From Planctomycetota bacterium (lineage in GTDB: Bacteria; Planctomycetota; UBA1135; UBA2386): a DNA stretch of 64,000 nt. Below, piece after piece: positions 27,025 through 36,025 of this stretch; positions within the stretch are counted from its first letter, which is position 1; every line of letters begins with the position of its first letter. Under the pieces are notes generated by a model. It was given only the letters and a program-made list of their open reading frames with translations, had not been told where the DNA came from and did not search any database. The stretch lies in the NCBI GenBank assembly GCA_965223545.1, contig OZ245006.1, positions 3,808,001 through 3,872,000 of the forward strand. The letters run 5' to 3'. The position numbers and the translations under genes were made by a program.

Positions 27025-28428
27025 ATGGCCTACGTCCGCAAGCGCGGCAATCAGCTCGCGATCGTCCACGGGACGCGTGACCCCCAAAATGGCAAGGTCG
27101 AGCAACACGTCCTATACACCCTCTACTCCAAGCCAGAGGCCCTCGAGATCTTGGGCCGTGGCCGGCCCGAGAGTCCTGTCCAGTTCACGAGCTCTCTCGA
27201 GGAGCAACACCCCGATGTCCACTTCGATTGGGACAAGATCCGAGCGGCGATCGAGAAGGGCCTGGACACGTTGCCCCCCACCTACGACTACGTGGGGACC
27301 CGGTTACGCGAGCACTTCCGCCCCGAGCTGAGGCGCTTCGCGCGCCGGCTGATTGAGACCGATCCGCAATGGCTCACCTCGTCTTGGGAGCTGATCGAAG
27401 AGCACCGGCAAGAGCTCGAGTTCATCCGCGATCTCATCGACTGGCGGCTGAAGATCGAGAGGCCTACCCCCACTGCGGCCGAGTGGATGGCGGACAACCC
27501 TTTTTGCTGGCGCTATGCGATGTCGGGTCGCGAGGGGCCGTCCGAAGCTGAGGACTTCGCGAGGCGCTACTACGAAGAGGGCGACCTCGACAAAGCCGAG
27601 GTGGTGTTCTCGATGTTGACCGAGATGTTCGACGGCTACGCTGAAGGCTACAACTACCTCGGCCTGATCGCGTTCGATCGAGAGGACTCCGCGCTGGCGA
27701 TCAAACGCTTCCAAAAGGGCATCGAGCTGGGCCGCAAGCTGTTTCCGAAGCGTGTGGCGAAAGACAGGTGGTGGAGCGACCATGCGACCCGTCCCTACAT
27801 GCGCGGGCTGAGCAACCTGGCTCTGACCTACAACCACGCCGGACTGCACGAGAAGGCACTCGAGATCTGCGAACGACTGAAGAACGAGTGCCACGACGAC
27901 ATTCGGGCGGCCACGCACGAAGCTGCGGCCCGTCTGTCGACCGGCGATTGGCAGGGTGCGTTGGATGCCGCGCTGCACATCCACCAGCTCTGTCCGGAAG
28001 AGAGTCTGACGGCTGCTCTGGCAGCGCACGAGCTTGCTCGTGTTCACGAAGCGCGTGTCTGGTTCCTCCACGCGACGATGAACAGGCCGCGCACGGTCGC
28101 GATGATCCTGGACGAGCCCATGCCGCGACCGAAGGGCAACGAGGAAGTGACCGATCACGACGGTGGAGTCGCGATGCACGGCTCGATCGGGGGGTACTTC
28201 GAGCGCCGGCGCCCGACATCGCAGCGGTTCTTCGCGAGTCTCTGGTCCGCGGTCACGGATCTGCGCGTCGAGCTCGAGGCCACGAGACGCCGGTGGGAGA
28301 AGGACCGGACCGGCGAGGATCGTGCGGCGTTCGATCGGATCCAAGAGATGTGTTCCCTCGAGTTCGCGACGCGGCACTGGTCGGCTGCCAGTCGCCACGC
28401 ACCGAGTGACAACGGTCATGGCGTGTAG
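27025..28428 (+). CDS. Tetratricopeptide-repeat protein of unknown function
   Basis: GGAGGA SD before ATG; TPR-like YYEEGDLDKAE...YAEGYNYLGLI...YMRGLSNLALTYNHAG. Confidence 0.85.
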   Translation: MAYVRKRGNQLAIVHGTRDPQNGKVEQHVLYTLYSKPEALEILGRGRPESPVQFTSSLEEQHPDVHFDWDKIRAAIEKGLDTLPPTYDYVGTRLREHFRPELRRFARRLIETDPQWLTSSWELIEEHRQELEFIRDLIDWRLKIERPTPTAAEWMADNPFCWRYAMSGREGPSEAEDFARRYYEEGDLDKAEVVFSMLTEMFDGYAEGYNYLGLIAFDREDSALAIKRFQKGIELGRKLFPKRVAKDRWWSDHATRPYMRGLSNLALTYNHAGLHEKALEICERLKNECHDDIRAATHEAAARLSTGDWQGALDAALHIHQLCPEESLTAALAAHELARVHEARVWFLHATMNRPRTVAMILDEPMPRPKGNEEVTDHDGGVAMHGSIGGYFERRRPTSQRFFASLWSAVTDLRVELEATRRRWEKDRTGEDRAAFDRIQEMCSLEFATRHWSAASRHAPSDNGHGV

Positions 28429-28523
28429 ATCTGTGGATCCACGCCGCGCGCCTCGACGGTGGACCGACTCCGGCGCGTCGACGACTGGCGAGCGCGAGCG
28501 AGTCCGCTGGACGCTCCCGGACA

Positions 28524-28560
28524 TTGCACAAATCTAAACTCTGGGTTAATATTTGTGCGA
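28524..28560 (+). promoter_or_regulatory. abiE promoter TTGCAC-N17-TAATAT overlapped by inverted repeat GCACAAAT/ATTTGTGC
   Basis: -35 at 28524-28529, -10 at 28547-28552; IR arms 28526-28533 and 28551-28558. AbiEi antitoxins are known to autorepress via promoter inverted repeats. Confidence 0.75.
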
Positions 28561-29147
28561 TGGTCACCATGGACAACTCGGTGCGCGCCCCCGATTGGGA
28601 TGCGCTCTACGCCACGGCGGCGACCCAGGCAGGGCACTTCACGTTGGCCCAGGCGCAAGGGTGCGGCTACTCGTCCCAGCTTCTCCACAAGCACCTCACC
28701 GCCAAGCGTATCGAGCGCGTCCGTCGCGGCATCTACCGCCTCGCCCACTTTCCCATGAACGAGCACGAAGAGCTCGTCGTGCTGTGGCTCTGGTCGGATC
28801 GCCGGGGTGTGTTCTCGCACGAGACATCGCTCGCGCTGCAGGATCTGTCGGACACGCTTCCCGCGCTCGTGCACATGACGGTACCGGTCGACTGGCGAGC
28901 GAGGCGCATGCGGATTCCCGACGGGCTGATCCTCCACTACGCGGATCTCGCCGAGGAAGACCGCACCTGGTTCGACGCGGTGCCGGTGACCGCCCCGCAC
29001 CGAGTGATCGCGGAGTGCATCGACGCTCGCGTGCCGCCCGACTGGGTCGAGCAGGCCCTCCACCAGGCGCGAGACCGCGGCCTTCTGTCCAAACGAGAAG
29101 CTGCACGCCTCTGCAGGCAACTCGAGCAGTCATCGCACACCCCGTGA
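28560..29147 (+). CDS. abiEi: Type IV toxin-antitoxin AbiEi-family antitoxin
   Basis: QAGHFTLAQA, IERVRRGIYRL, VFSHETSLAL, VHMTVP; coupled to the toxin gene by a GTGA overlap. Confidence 0.9.
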   Translation: MVTMDNSVRAPDWDALYATAATQAGHFTLAQAQGCGYSSQLLHKHLTAKRIERVRRGIYRLAHFPMNEHEELVVLWLWSDRRGVFSHETSLALQDLSDTLPALVHMTVPVDWRARRMRIPDGLILHYADLAEEDRTWFDAVPVTAPHRVIAECIDARVPPDWVEQALHQARDRGLLSKREAARLCRQLEQSSHTP

Positions 29148-30043
29148 ACTCTCGGCGCTACGAGACCCCCACAGCTTTCAAGCAGGCACTCGAGCAGCGG
29201 CTGCGATCGGCTTCGACGTCAGGAGTCGACTTCTCGCGCCGCCGGCAACTCGTTGTCTTCGACCGGTTCCTCGCGCGTGTGACACAGCAAGCCCGCGATC
29301 CGGTCATCCTCAAGGGCGGACTCGCGCTCGAGCTTCGCCTCGCCCGTGCCCGCACGACCAAAGACGTCGACCTCCGGATGACGGGGACGCTATCCGCGCT
29401 GCTCGAGCGTCTGCAGGCGGCCGGCCGCTCCGACCTGGGAGACTTCATGCGCTTCGAAGTGCAACGCGATCGCCGCCAACCGGAGATCCTGGGCCAGGGC
29501 ATGAAGTATGCGGGTCATCGCTTCGTCACGGAGTGCCGACTCGCCGGTAAGGTCTACGGTCGCCCGTTCGGCGTGGATGTCGCATTTGGGGATCCGCTGG
29601 TGGGTGAGCCCGACGAGATTCTCGGCGATGACATGCTCGGTTTCGCCGGCATCGAGCCCGTGAGCCTTCGGCTCTATCCCATCGCCTCCCACGTCGCCGA
29701 GAAGCTACATGCCTACACGATGCCACGCGCGCGTCCCAACTCGCGGATCAAGGACCTGCCCGACATCGCGCTGCTGGCCAGCGCCGGCGAGATCGAGGCC
29801 ACTACGCTGCGAACCGCGCTCGAGAAGACGTTCGAGTTCCGGGCCACGCACGCGCTCCCCGATGACGTGCCGCTGCCGCCGGCAACCTGGCAGGCGCCGT
29901 ACGAGGCGATGATGACGTCGAATCAGCTGGCGTGGCGTACCCTGGACGAGCTCGTTTCTGCGGTTCGCGCATTCCTCGAACCCGTGTTGTCGAAGGGGCA
30001 CCTTCGAGGCGCCTGGAATCCCGCCGGCTGGAACTGGGCATGA
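29144..30043 (+). CDS. abiEii: AbiEii/AbiGii-family nucleotidyltransferase toxin
   Basis: ILKGGLALELR, RTTKDVDL, AEKLHA, NSRIKDLPDI. Confidence 0.92.
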   Translation: MNSRRYETPTAFKQALEQRLRSASTSGVDFSRRRQLVVFDRFLARVTQQARDPVILKGGLALELRLARARTTKDVDLRMTGTLSALLERLQAAGRSDLGDFMRFEVQRDRRQPEILGQGMKYAGHRFVTECRLAGKVYGRPFGVDVAFGDPLVGEPDEILGDDMLGFAGIEPVSLRLYPIASHVAEKLHAYTMPRARPNSRIKDLPDIALLASAGEIEATTLRTALEKTFEFRATHALPDDVPLPPATWQAPYEAMMTSNQLAWRTLDELVSAVRAFLEPVLSKGHLRGAWNPAGWNWA

Positions 30044-30095
30044 GATCGAACGCGCCGACATCGGTGTCCGGAGAGGTCAAGACATGCCCACAACT

Positions 30096-30161
30096 TGGAC
30101 AAGCTGGAGGACAAGCCTGCTGTGACTCGCCGCGCAGGCCCTTGTCGGAACCGAGTTTGTG
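30096..30161 (+). repeat. Degenerate direct repeat, copy 2 (att-arm-like)
   Basis: TGGACAAGCTGGAGGACAAGCCT...CCTTGTC...TTGTG; the first 23 nt are 20/23 identical to 25607-25629. Confidence 0.6.
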
Positions 30162-30188
30162 CTCTGGCGCGCCGGCGTTCCCAAACAA

Positions 30189-30575
30189 GACAGAGGAGAG
30201 TGACTGGGAGGCTTTCCTGGGCTTCGTCGGCGCTCAGGGTTTCCGTATCAGCTATTCACGCGACAACGAACCAGCCGTTCTCCCCGCACGTGTCGCAGAC
30301 ATCCTGGATGATCGCACTTGTGGGCACTGCTTGAAGATCGACGCCGGCGGCGTCGCGCTGCATCGTCACTTCTTCACTTCCGAAGAGATCGAGCTGGACT
30401 CGATCCCAAGGAGGTCGACTCTCAGGCGCGGTTGGACGTCTTGGTCGATCTAATTCGTGGTCTGGGGGCTGCTCTCCACAAGAACGTGATCCTCACGGCA
30501 CACAGCGATCCGGAGTACGTTTGGCTCGAGTATCGCTCTGACAGTGGTCAGATCTCACTCACGCGAACCGCGTAG
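30189..30575 (+). pseudogene. 5'-truncated, frameshifted hypothetical gene
   Basis: DWEAFLGFV...HFFTSEEIELD continues as LDPKEVDSQARLDVL... in another frame; shift near 30399. Confidence 0.6.
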
Positions 30576-30616
30576 TTCGATCCGAGGGCGTTAGTACGCA
30601 GCTCTCATTTCGTCCC

Positions 30617-31951
30617 TCAGCCCGGCCTGCGCGCCGCGGCAATCGCGCGCGCGCGGGCCTCGTGTAACGCGCGGCGCAGCGCGGGCACGTCGCCCGCGTG
30701 CGCACGCGCCAGCGCGGCGGCGTCGACGCCGACGCAGACCTCGCGCAGCCAGCGCACGTCGCGCGCGACGCGCTCCGCCACCACTTCGCCCTCCGCTTCG
30801 AGACCCAGCCGCCCGCCCGAGTCGGCACCGACCGCCAACGCGCAGAGCTCGACCGGGAAGTCGGCGGCGCGAAACTCGCGCTCGTACATCTTGGCGAGCG
30901 TGCCCGGCCGCAAGGCGTCGAAGCGCCGTAGCTCCAAGTGCAACCGGCACACCGTCAATGCCAACCGCCGCGCGCGCGCGTCGGCAAGGCCCGGGACGCG
31001 CTGCAAGAAACGCTCGATCAACGGCACACCCGCATTCTCGTGGCCGCGGTGGGCCGGGAGCTCGGGCGCCGGCGTCGCCGATTTGCCGAGGTCGTGCAAC
31101 AGCACCGCCAACCGCACCGCCAGCCGATCGGCCTCGGGCAGCGTCCGCGAACGCTCTTCGATCCACTCCGAGCAGAGCACCACGTGCAGCGCCTGGCCGA
31201 TCTCCGGGTGGTGCCGCACCGGGCCCGCGGGGCGGCCGTCGAACTGCGCGGCGAGCTCCGGCAGGACCTCGGCCAGCACGCCGGCCTCGAACAGCTCGAC
31301 GAAGAAGCGCCCCGGCGAGCGACACTCCAGCAGCGCCGAGCGGACCTCGGCCGCCAGCGCTTCCGGCGGAATCCGCCGCAGCTGATCCCCGTCGACCGGC
31401 AGCTTGCGCACCCGGGGATCCAACGCAAAGTCCCAACTGTGCGCGCGGCGGTAGTAGCGCAGCCAACGCACCGGGTGCTCGGCGATGCGCGCCGCCGGCT
31501 CCCCCACCGCGCGCACCACGCGTGCGCGCCAGTCCTCGAGACCACCCGCTGGATCGACGATGCGATCCTCGGCCAGCAACCACAAGATCGCGCCCACGGT
31601 CATGTCGCGGCCGCCGGCATCGGCGACCAACCGGTCGTGCAGCGATGCCGTCGGATCGCCGTCGCGCAGCGAGGTGATCTCGATGCGGCGTCCGTCCAAC
31701 TTCAACGCGAGCGTGCCGCGCGCCCTGTTCGCCGCGGTCGTCGGCTGCAGTACCCCGTGCCGGCGCAACAAGGCCTCGCCGTCATCGACCGCCGGCGCCC
31801 ACGACAGGTCGAGGTCGTGCACCTCGGGACCGTGCAATCCCGCCCGCCGGCACGCTTCGGCCAGCGCCGTCGAGCCGACGACGCACACCCCCAACGACGG
31901 CTCCAAGAGCCATGGTGCGGAGCCGCGCAACCACTCTGCGACGCCGTGCAT
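30617..31951 (-). CDS. Class II CCA/poly(A)-polymerase-type nucleotidyltransferase with HD domain (divergent)
   Basis: DLD, EITSLR, GRDMTVGA, DPAGGLEDW, EHPVRWLR, HHPE, LLHDLGK, HRGHE. Confidence 0.85.
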   Translation of the reverse strand: MHGVAEWLRGSAPWLLEPSLGVCVVGSTALAEACRRAGLHGPEVHDLDLSWAPAVDDGEALLRRHGVLQPTTAANRARGTLALKLDGRRIEITSLRDGDPTASLHDRLVADAGGRDMTVGAILWLLAEDRIVDPAGGLEDWRARVVRAVGEPAARIAEHPVRWLRYYRRAHSWDFALDPRVRKLPVDGDQLRRIPPEALAAEVRSALLECRSPGRFFVELFEAGVLAEVLPELAAQFDGRPAGPVRHHPEIGQALHVVLCSEWIEERSRTLPEADRLAVRLAVLLHDLGKSATPAPELPAHRGHENAGVPLIERFLQRVPGLADARARRLALTVCRLHLELRRFDALRPGTLAKMYEREFRAADFPVELCALAVGADSGGRLGLEAEGEVVAERVARDVRWLREVCVGVDAAALARAHAGDVPALRRALHEARARAIAAARRPG

Positions 31952-31963
31952 CGGTGCGCGACC

Positions 31964-32905
31964 CTACAGCAAGACGGCGGCGACGTAGGCGCCGTAGAGC
32001 AGGAGGAAGACCAGGGCCAGCGGCCGCCCCACGCCACGCCAGAACGCGAGCGAGTACGCCAGCAGGACCGTGAGGCCGAGGTTGGCAATCACGTGCGCGC
32101 CGTGGTCCGCGACCGAGACCGGGATCGGCGCCAACAACGCCGTGCCGGCGAGCACCATGCAGAGGTTGAAGACGTTGCTGCCGAGGACGTTGCCGAGCGC
32201 GATCTCGGGGTGCCGCTTGAGTGCCGCGACGACACTGGCGACCAGCTCCGGCAAGCTGGTGCCGAACGCCACCAGAACCGCGCCGATCGCGTCCTCGCTC
32301 ACGCCGAGGTGCAGGGCCGCGCGGGACGCTCCCTCGACCAGCTGGTTCGCGCCCACCGGCAGCAGCACCAGCCCGGCGACGACGAACAGTGAGTGCAGCG
32401 CGTAACCACCCGCGGACGGCCGCGGCCCCTCCGCCGCACCCGCCGCCCGCTGCCCGCGATGGCGCCGCTCGCGCCGGATCAACGTCGTGGTCATCCACAC
32501 CAGGAACGCCACCCCGGCGATCCCCTGCCACCAAGTGATGGCATCGCCGAGCAGCACCAACGGCACCACCATCGCGAGGGCCAACAAACAGCGCACTTCG
32601 AACCGGGCCGAGCCGGGCACGTGGGCGATCGGCCACAACAACGCCGCCGTGCCCAAGATCAACGCGATGTTGGCGACGTTGCTGCCGAACACGGTGCCGG
32701 TCACCAGACCGGGACTGCCCTGCAGGGTCGCGGCGACACACGCCGCCAGCTCCGGTGCCGACGTGCCGAACGCGACGATGGTCACGCCCACCACCATCGG
32801 CCGGATGCCGAGGGCCACCGCCAGCCACGACGAGCCGCGCACCAGAAGATCGCCGCCGCCGACCAGGGTGATCAAGCCGACAACGATCTGCAGCCAATCG
32901 GGCAT
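31964..32905 (-). CDS. Calcium/sodium antiporter (CaCA, YrbG-like)
   Basis: Two alpha repeats: AFGTSAPE...GSNVAN and AFGTSLPE...GNVLGSNVFN. Confidence 0.93.
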   Translation of the reverse strand: MPDWLQIVVGLITLVGGGDLLVRGSSWLAVALGIRPMVVGVTIVAFGTSAPELAACVAATLQGSPGLVTGTVFGSNVANIALILGTAALLWPIAHVPGSARFEVRCLLALAMVVPLVLLGDAITWWQGIAGVAFLVWMTTTLIRRERRHRGQRAAGAAEGPRPSAGGYALHSLFVVAGLVLLPVGANQLVEGASRAALHLGVSEDAIGAVLVAFGTSLPELVASVVAALKRHPEIALGNVLGSNVFNLCMVLAGTALLAPIPVSVADHGAHVIANLGLTVLLAYSLAFWRGVGRPLALVFLLLYGAYVAAVLL

Positions 32906-32997
32906 CGCACGAGGATGGTAGGGTTCGGCGGCGGGCGCACCAGGAAAGACCCAGCACCGCTCCAGCGCTGCCGCGGCACCGGTCGAAGAAGCCGGAG

Positions 32998-33855
32998 ATG
33001 GGCCACCGCACCGCTCGGTCCGGCGTCCCCGCGGCCGCCGTCGCGGTCGGTGGCGCCCTTCTATGCATCAGCTCGGGTTGTCTTCAACTCGAGTCGGAGA
33101 TCGTGCTGCGCGCCGACGGTTCGGGCACCCAGCGCACACGGCTCATGCTCAGCGGTCCCGCGCTCGCGGTGATCGACGGCCTCGCGAAGGAGCAGGATCG
33201 CGGCCGCGCGTTCGACCCGCGTGCGCTGGTCGATCCGACCGCGGTGCGCGCCGCCCTCGGCGCCGCCGGCATGCGTTGCCACTCGCTGGTGGCGCGGCCC
33301 GAGGGCGACCAGCCGCACATCGACGTGGTCGCGCACTTCGACGACTTCGCCTCCCTGCAGCGCAGCCCACTCTGCGGTGGCGGCGTCGAGTGGCAGCTGC
33401 ACCCGACCGAACAACCGGGGGTGCTGCGACTATCGGTGTTCCCGCGCGGCGAAGCCGCCTGGCGCAACGCCTTCACCGCGGCCCACGGTCTGGCGGAGCG
33501 CGACCCCGCGGACCGGGCCGAACTCGAGCGCATGGTCGACGACTTGCCACAGCTGCCGGGTCCCCAGCTGATCATGCACTGGGTCTTCGAGCTGCCGGGT
33601 GACGTCGTCTCGCACTCGCAGAACACGCGCCGCGTCGGGCCGCGCCGGGTCGAATCGATCGTGACGGCCGCGGACATCGCCTCGCCGCGCGACCTCCTGC
33701 GGCAGCTCGCCCCCCGCTTCGAGGTCGCATTCAGCGCCCCGCAAGGCGAGCTCGCCGACCTCGCCGGGCTGCCGGCTAACGCTGCTCGACCGCGATCAGA
33801 AACACCCGCTGCTCCCGCGGCTCCACCCCCATCTGCGCCCGATCGACGACCGTGA
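32998..33855 (+). CDS. Hypothetical lipoprotein
   Basis: Lipobox-like SSGC followed by LQLESEIVLRADGSGT...FELPGDVVSHS. Confidence 0.75.
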   Translation: MGHRTARSGVPAAAVAVGGALLCISSGCLQLESEIVLRADGSGTQRTRLMLSGPALAVIDGLAKEQDRGRAFDPRALVDPTAVRAALGAAGMRCHSLVARPEGDQPHIDVVAHFDDFASLQRSPLCGGGVEWQLHPTEQPGVLRLSVFPRGEAAWRNAFTAAHGLAERDPADRAELERMVDDLPQLPGPQLIMHWVFELPGDVVSHSQNTRRVGPRRVESIVTAADIASPRDLLRQLAPRFEVAFSAPQGELADLAGLPANAARPRSETPAAPAAPPPSAPDRRP

Positions 33856-34843
33856 TGTTGAGCAGGCGCCGCACCTCCGGCACCGCGATCACCAGGTCAG
33901 AAAGCTCGCAAACCCACTGCCGAGGTTCACAACAGGCGACGTTGATGCGGCTCTGCAGCTGCTCGAACGACACCGCCTGCAGCGCGCGCAGCGCCGAGTA
34001 GCGCTCCTCCCAACGGCGGCCGTCGAGGGCCTGCCGGGTGAACCGCTCCGCCTGCATCAACTGGTCGCGCAGCGGAGCGTCGATGCGCACCATCTCGCGC
34101 TTCTCCATGAAGCGGATCAACCCCACCGCGGCGTTCAGCTCGCGCGCTTCCTGCTGCATGCGCGGCCAGTAGCGCTGCAGCTGCTCGGTCTCGCTCACGC
34201 CGCGCAAGCGCGCGCGCAGCCGCTGGGCCCGGCTCGATGCATGCGCGACGCCGGCCAACGCCAGCTGGTACTCGTTGAGCTCTTGCCACGACAGGCCCGC
34301 GGGCTGGACATCGGAAGAGCCCGAGCCACCCGCCAACGCGCCCGCCGGAGGCGATCCCCACAGCGTGCGGGGACCGGCCTGCGCCGGTGAGCTCGGCGCC
34401 GGCACGTCCGCGGCGACCGCCGGTGCCGGAACGCGCGGCAACGCGTCGAAGTCGACGGACGGCGTCACCGCCACCTCGGCCGGAGCCTCGCCGACCGGAT
34501 CGGACTCGCGCGCGACGTGGTAGCCGATCAAGAACAACGCCGCCGCCGCCGCGCCGGTCACCGCCTGCCGCACGCGCACCGCCGCCGGCACCGGGTCGTT
34601 GTAGATCGCCTCGGGCGCCGCCTCACCGGACTCGATCCGGTGCTGCAACCCCTCGCGGAAATCGCTGCGCACCCGCGCGACCGGAGCCTGCAGCGCAAGC
34701 TCCTGCGCGGTCCGCATCTCACTCCACACTCCTCGGCATCGGGTGCACGCGGCGACGTGGCGCAGCAACGCCGCACGCCGACCGGACGGCAGACGCCCAT
34801 CCAGCGACAGCGACATCTCGTGCTCTCGACTACTGCAAGTCAT
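33776..34843 (-). CDS. Zinc-finger (HxxxCxxC) transmembrane anti-sigma factor
   Basis: LDGRL...HVAACTRC, one TM; directly downstream of the ECF sigma gene. Confidence 0.85.
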   Translation of the reverse strand: MTCSSREHEMSLSLDGRLPSGRRAALLRHVAACTRCRGVWSEMRTAQELALQAPVARVRSDFREGLQHRIESGEAAPEAIYNDPVPAAVRVRQAVTGAAAAALFLIGYHVARESDPVGEAPAEVAVTPSVDFDALPRVPAPAVAADVPAPSSPAQAGPRTLWGSPPAGALAGGSGSSDVQPAGLSWQELNEYQLALAGVAHASSRAQRLRARLRGVSETEQLQRYWPRMQQEARELNAAVGLIRFMEKREMVRIDAPLRDQLMQAERFTRQALDGRRWEERYSALRALQAVSFEQLQSRINVACCEPRQWVCELSDLVIAVPEVRRLLNITVVDRAQMGVEPREQRVFLIAVEQR

Positions 34844-34854
34844 CGTTGTGCGAT

Positions 34855-35418
34855 TCAGTGTTGTGGGTCGATCCAGTGGGAGACCGCCGCGCGGAAGCGC
34901 TGGCGGGCCCGGAACAGTCGGGTAGAGACGGTCTTCACCGGGCAGCGAAGAATCGCCGCCGCATCCTCGTAGCTCAGCCCCTGCATCTCGCAAAGGATGA
35001 ACGCTTCGCGGAACTTCATCGGCAGCGCGGCGATCGCGTCCTCGATCGCCGCCTGCGCTTCGCGCGCCTCGGCCATCTCGTCGGGCCGCGCCCCGCTGTG
35101 ATCGGGCAACGACGGGTGCGCTTCGTCGTCACGGCTCAGATCGCGGAACAGACGCAGCTTGAAGCGCCGCCGGCGCAGCACGTCAAGACACAGGTTGCGG
35201 GTGACGCGATACAGCCACGGGCGATACGCGGATTCCGGCACCTGACTCTGGTGGCGGTAGAGCGCCAAGAACGCGTCTTGGGTCACGTCCTCCGCCGCCT
35301 CCTGGTCGCGCAGCATGCGCATCGCATACGTCATCAGTCCCTCGGTGTGCTCGGCCACCGCGCGGTTGAACTGCACCGAGGACTGGGGATCGGACTGCAT
35401 CGCGCTCGAGAAGTTCAT
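34855..35418 (-). CDS. ECF-type RNA polymerase sigma factor
   Basis: AEDVTQDAFL, WLYRVTRNLCLD, LPMKFREAFIL, GLSYEDAAAIL, TRLFRAR. Confidence 0.95.
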   Translation of the reverse strand: MNFSSAMQSDPQSSVQFNRAVAEHTEGLMTYAMRMLRDQEAAEDVTQDAFLALYRHQSQVPESAYRPWLYRVTRNLCLDVLRRRRFKLRLFRDLSRDDEAHPSLPDHSGARPDEMAEAREAQAAIEDAIAALPMKFREAFILCEMQGLSYEDAAAILRCPVKTVSTRLFRARQRFRAAVSHWIDPQH

Positions 35419-35831
35419 CGGTCACCCCCCGCGCAATGCCAAAGCCCGGCCGCATGCCAGTGCGCAGCCGTCCCGGGGGACGCCTGCACTGTAACCGCCC
35501 GCCACCCGGGGGCGCTGGCGGCGGCCGCACCGACACGGCGCCACGCCGCACCGGGCGGCGCGGGTTCCGCGTGCTCGGCGGGGCGCGGCAGGCCCCCTTG
35601 CAGCCGCTGCAGGCCGCGCTCCGAGAGCCACTGCTGCAGCGGCTCGAGCTCGAACCGATCGCTGTCCGCGCCGGCCAGCAGCTCGGCGATGGCGGCTTCC
35701 ACCTCGGCGCGCACGGCCGCCCGCCACGCCGGATCGGGCGCGGGCTCGCGTCCCGGCGCCGCCTGGGCGGTCAGCTGACCGACGACCACGCCGAGCAGCA
35801 GCGACAGGATCAGGGCTTGGAGTGTTCGCAT
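35415..35831 (-). CDS. Small exported hypothetical protein
   Basis: Signal peptide MRTLQALILSLLLGVVVGQLTAQA; stop overlaps the sigma ATG (ATGA). Confidence 0.6.
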   Translation of the reverse strand: MRTLQALILSLLLGVVVGQLTAQAAPGREPAPDPAWRAAVRAEVEAAIAELLAGADSDRFELEPLQQWLSERGLQRLQGGLPRPAEHAEPAPPGAAWRRVGAAAASAPGWRAVTVQASPGTAAHWHAAGLWHCAGGDR

Positions 35832-36025
35832 GCGCAGGCCTCCGGTGGACACCCGCTCGACGACGGCGCCTGGCGCAGAACTCCGCCGAACGCCCCATTT
35901 CGGGCCGGCGCGGCCGGAACGGTCCTCGGATGGGGGTTTTCCCGATCGATTCCGGCAGCCGCGGGGTGGACAGGCGTCCCCGCCGCAGCTTGGATGCCGG
36001 GCTCACCGCACCCCCGCCTCTCGAC

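Larger units (their letters stand above)
22916..30580. mobile_element. Decayed tRNA-associated integrative/genomic island (boundaries approximate)
   Basis: tRNA fragment, integrase, phage and transposase remnants, TA module, visibly lower GC; backbone-type genes resume at 30617. Confidence 0.75.
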
